A stretch of 63,230 nucleotides of DNA, filler included, from a bacterium (lineage in GTDB: Bacteria > JALSQH01): NCBI GenBank assembly GCA_026985515.1. It is 6 parts of 6 records of this genome, joined end to end, with 100 filler letters (N's around TTAATTAATTAA, not from the genome) between each part and the next. Parts side by side here need not be neighbours in the genome. Positions count along the whole stretch, not along the records: positions 58,970 to 63,230 come from JALSQH010000072.1; 5 more parts are not named here. The stretch is one strand, 5' to 3'. Position numbers and translations under genes: made by a program. Under the pieces are notes generated by a model, which saw only the letters and a list, made by a program, of their open reading frames with translations, did not search any database and had not been told where the DNA came from. The first letter of the stretch is position 1. Each line of letters opens with the position of its first letter. Positions 61,787 through 63,230 of the stretch are shown piece by piece.

Positions 61787-62260
61787 TCATGAGGTGAGTT
61801 CTTTGAGCCGATTTATGACATCATCCACATGACCCTTAACCTTAACTTTCCTCCATATGTGCGCTATCTTACCATCAGGATCAATGAGAAATGTACTCCT
61901 CACCACTCCATAGTATTCCCTGCCATACATCTTTTTCAACTGCCACACTCCATACATCTCGAGAACTTTATGCTCAGGGTCGCTCAGAAGGGTAACTTTA
62001 AGATTGTGTTTTTCTCTGAACTTAACATGACTTTTGGTAGAATCAGGACTAACACCAAGAACCACAGCACCAAGTTTCTCAATCTCTTCAAGATGCTCTG
62101 TAAAATCAATAGCCTCCCTGGTACAACCAGATGTGTTATCCTTCGGGTAAAAATAGAGTACAACCCACTTTCCTCTGAAATCTTTCAGGCATACCTCCTT
62201 TTCATCGGCATCTGGCAAACAGAACTCTGGTGCCAGATCACCTGCTTTCAGTTCAGCCAT
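61787..62260 (-). CDS. bcp: BCP/PrxQ peroxiredoxin
   Basis: VVLYFYPKDNTSGCTREA, GVSPD, RSTFLID. Confidence 0.94.
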   Translation of the reverse strand: MAELKAGDLAPEFCLPDADEKEVCLKDFRGKWVVLYFYPKDNTSGCTREAIDFTEHLEEIEKLGAVVLGVSPDSTKSHVKFREKHNLKVTLLSDPEHKVLEMYGVWQLKKMYGREYYGVVRSTFLIDPDGKIAHIWRKVKVKGHVDDVINRLKELTS

Positions 62261-63086
62261 CTTTTCCTCCCTTCACTGGATTTTCATTTTTTACATAATC
62301 AAGACACTTCTCCCAATCATCTTTGAAAAATTCCCTTACCTCTTCCAGATAACTCTTATCAAGGAGAGGTTCTGATGGGATCAGAAAATCAGGTAAAATT
62401 TTGCCAATTGAGAGAACAGTGTACCTTACTGGATAAGTGAAAAAATACCTCTGAAAGGGTCTCCTCCAGTCATGCTTCTCAGGAATTTCGCCTGTACAAT
62501 ATCTGTTTAACCATCTCCTGAATTTCAATTCTTTTTCATTAAAAGACCTGTGAACAGGCTTTAGTGAAATATTCTCCCTCCTGTACTCCGTCCCTGTAAA
62601 TTCAGCTAATTTGTCAAAGAAATCAAAGGGTCTTTCCCTTAACTCATCGTAGAGAAGTACAAGAGGTTTATTCTTGAAGTTCTCAAGGACAAACTGGATC
62701 CTGGGCCAGAAGAGAAAATCCTCAATTTTCCACCATCCACTATCATTGTAAATATCAAGAAAATCCCTCACACTTCCAGCAAAACCATTTTTAACAAATC
62801 TCTTGTACTCCGATGCAAGCCAGCTATCGTGTCTTCTAAGTACAATTATCAACTTTGCTGAGGGATACCTCGCCGCGATTTTTCCCACTTCACGGTAAAA
62901 CTGCTGGTCAAATTCATTCGAGACAAGGTACTTTTCGTAATCGGTGGAGTCTATTATTTTAAAAGCCTTTTTATATGCGGTTCTCTGAATATAATATATC
63001 CCCCTCAGGTAGGGGAAAAATCTATACTGAAGATAGGTTGTCCCGGTTTTTGCCAGTCCAACATGGAAAAAAATTTCCTTATCCAT
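62253..63086 (-). CDS. Sulfotransferase-family P-loop protein
   Basis: FFHVGLAKTGTTYLQ, IIVLRR..WLASEY, LLYDEL; start may lie up to 63164. Confidence 0.75.
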   Translation of the reverse strand: MDKEIFFHVGLAKTGTTYLQYRFFPYLRGIYYIQRTAYKKAFKIIDSTDYEKYLVSNEFDQQFYREVGKIAARYPSAKLIIVLRRHDSWLASEYKRFVKNGFAGSVRDFLDIYNDSGWWKIEDFLFWPRIQFVLENFKNKPLVLLYDELRERPFDFFDKLAEFTGTEYRRENISLKPVHRSFNEKELKFRRWLNRYCTGEIPEKHDWRRPFQRYFFTYPVRYTVLSIGKILPDFLIPSEPLLDKSYLEEVREFFKDDWEKCLDYVKNENPVKGGKDG

Positions 63087-63230
63087 GTTTAATATCATAC
63101 ACAACCCTGGTATTCTGACAAATTTTTCTCTACCTGCAGAAACTTTTACACTCTTCATCCTCAAATTCTACTTCAATTGTTGCATGACTTATTCCTGCTT
63201 TCCTGAGCATTGCCCTGGCAGATGCCTTTA

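Overview
Bacterial draft-genome (probably MAG) window made of six contigs joined by artificial 100-bp N/TTAATTAATTAA linkers, so adjacency across 17039, 33762, 38224, 42682 and 58870 is meaningless. Gene content points to a moderately AT-rich deltaproteobacterial-type organism (Myxococcota/Desulfobacterota-like; inference). Housekeeping genes: accD-folC, purL-purF-pyrE-trmFO, fmt-rsmB, serS plus two tRNA-Ser, murI, metH, rsmI, pdaD, bcp. Accessory content: a cyclic-nucleotide signalling cluster, a CHASE2 cyclase envelope operon, a Tad pilus with an FHA-fused ATPase, a sphingosine-1-phosphate-lyase-like catabolic cluster and AT-rich decaying surface-protein regions. Strongest observations: (1) an integron-type cassette with an attC-like site, encoding a nuclease-like protein, inserted inside a DUF2201 metallopeptidase gene of a sigma54-activator/SWIM/AAA operon; (2) an unexplained direct-plus-inverted structured repeat at 55926-56236; (3) the serS stop codon shares its last base with G1 of tRNA-Ser(TGA); (4) a perfect CRP box at the class II (-41.5) position upstream of the cyclase operon; (5) a perfect 14-bp hairpin burying the yeeE ribosome-binding site. 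All calls are by eye; no searches were run.
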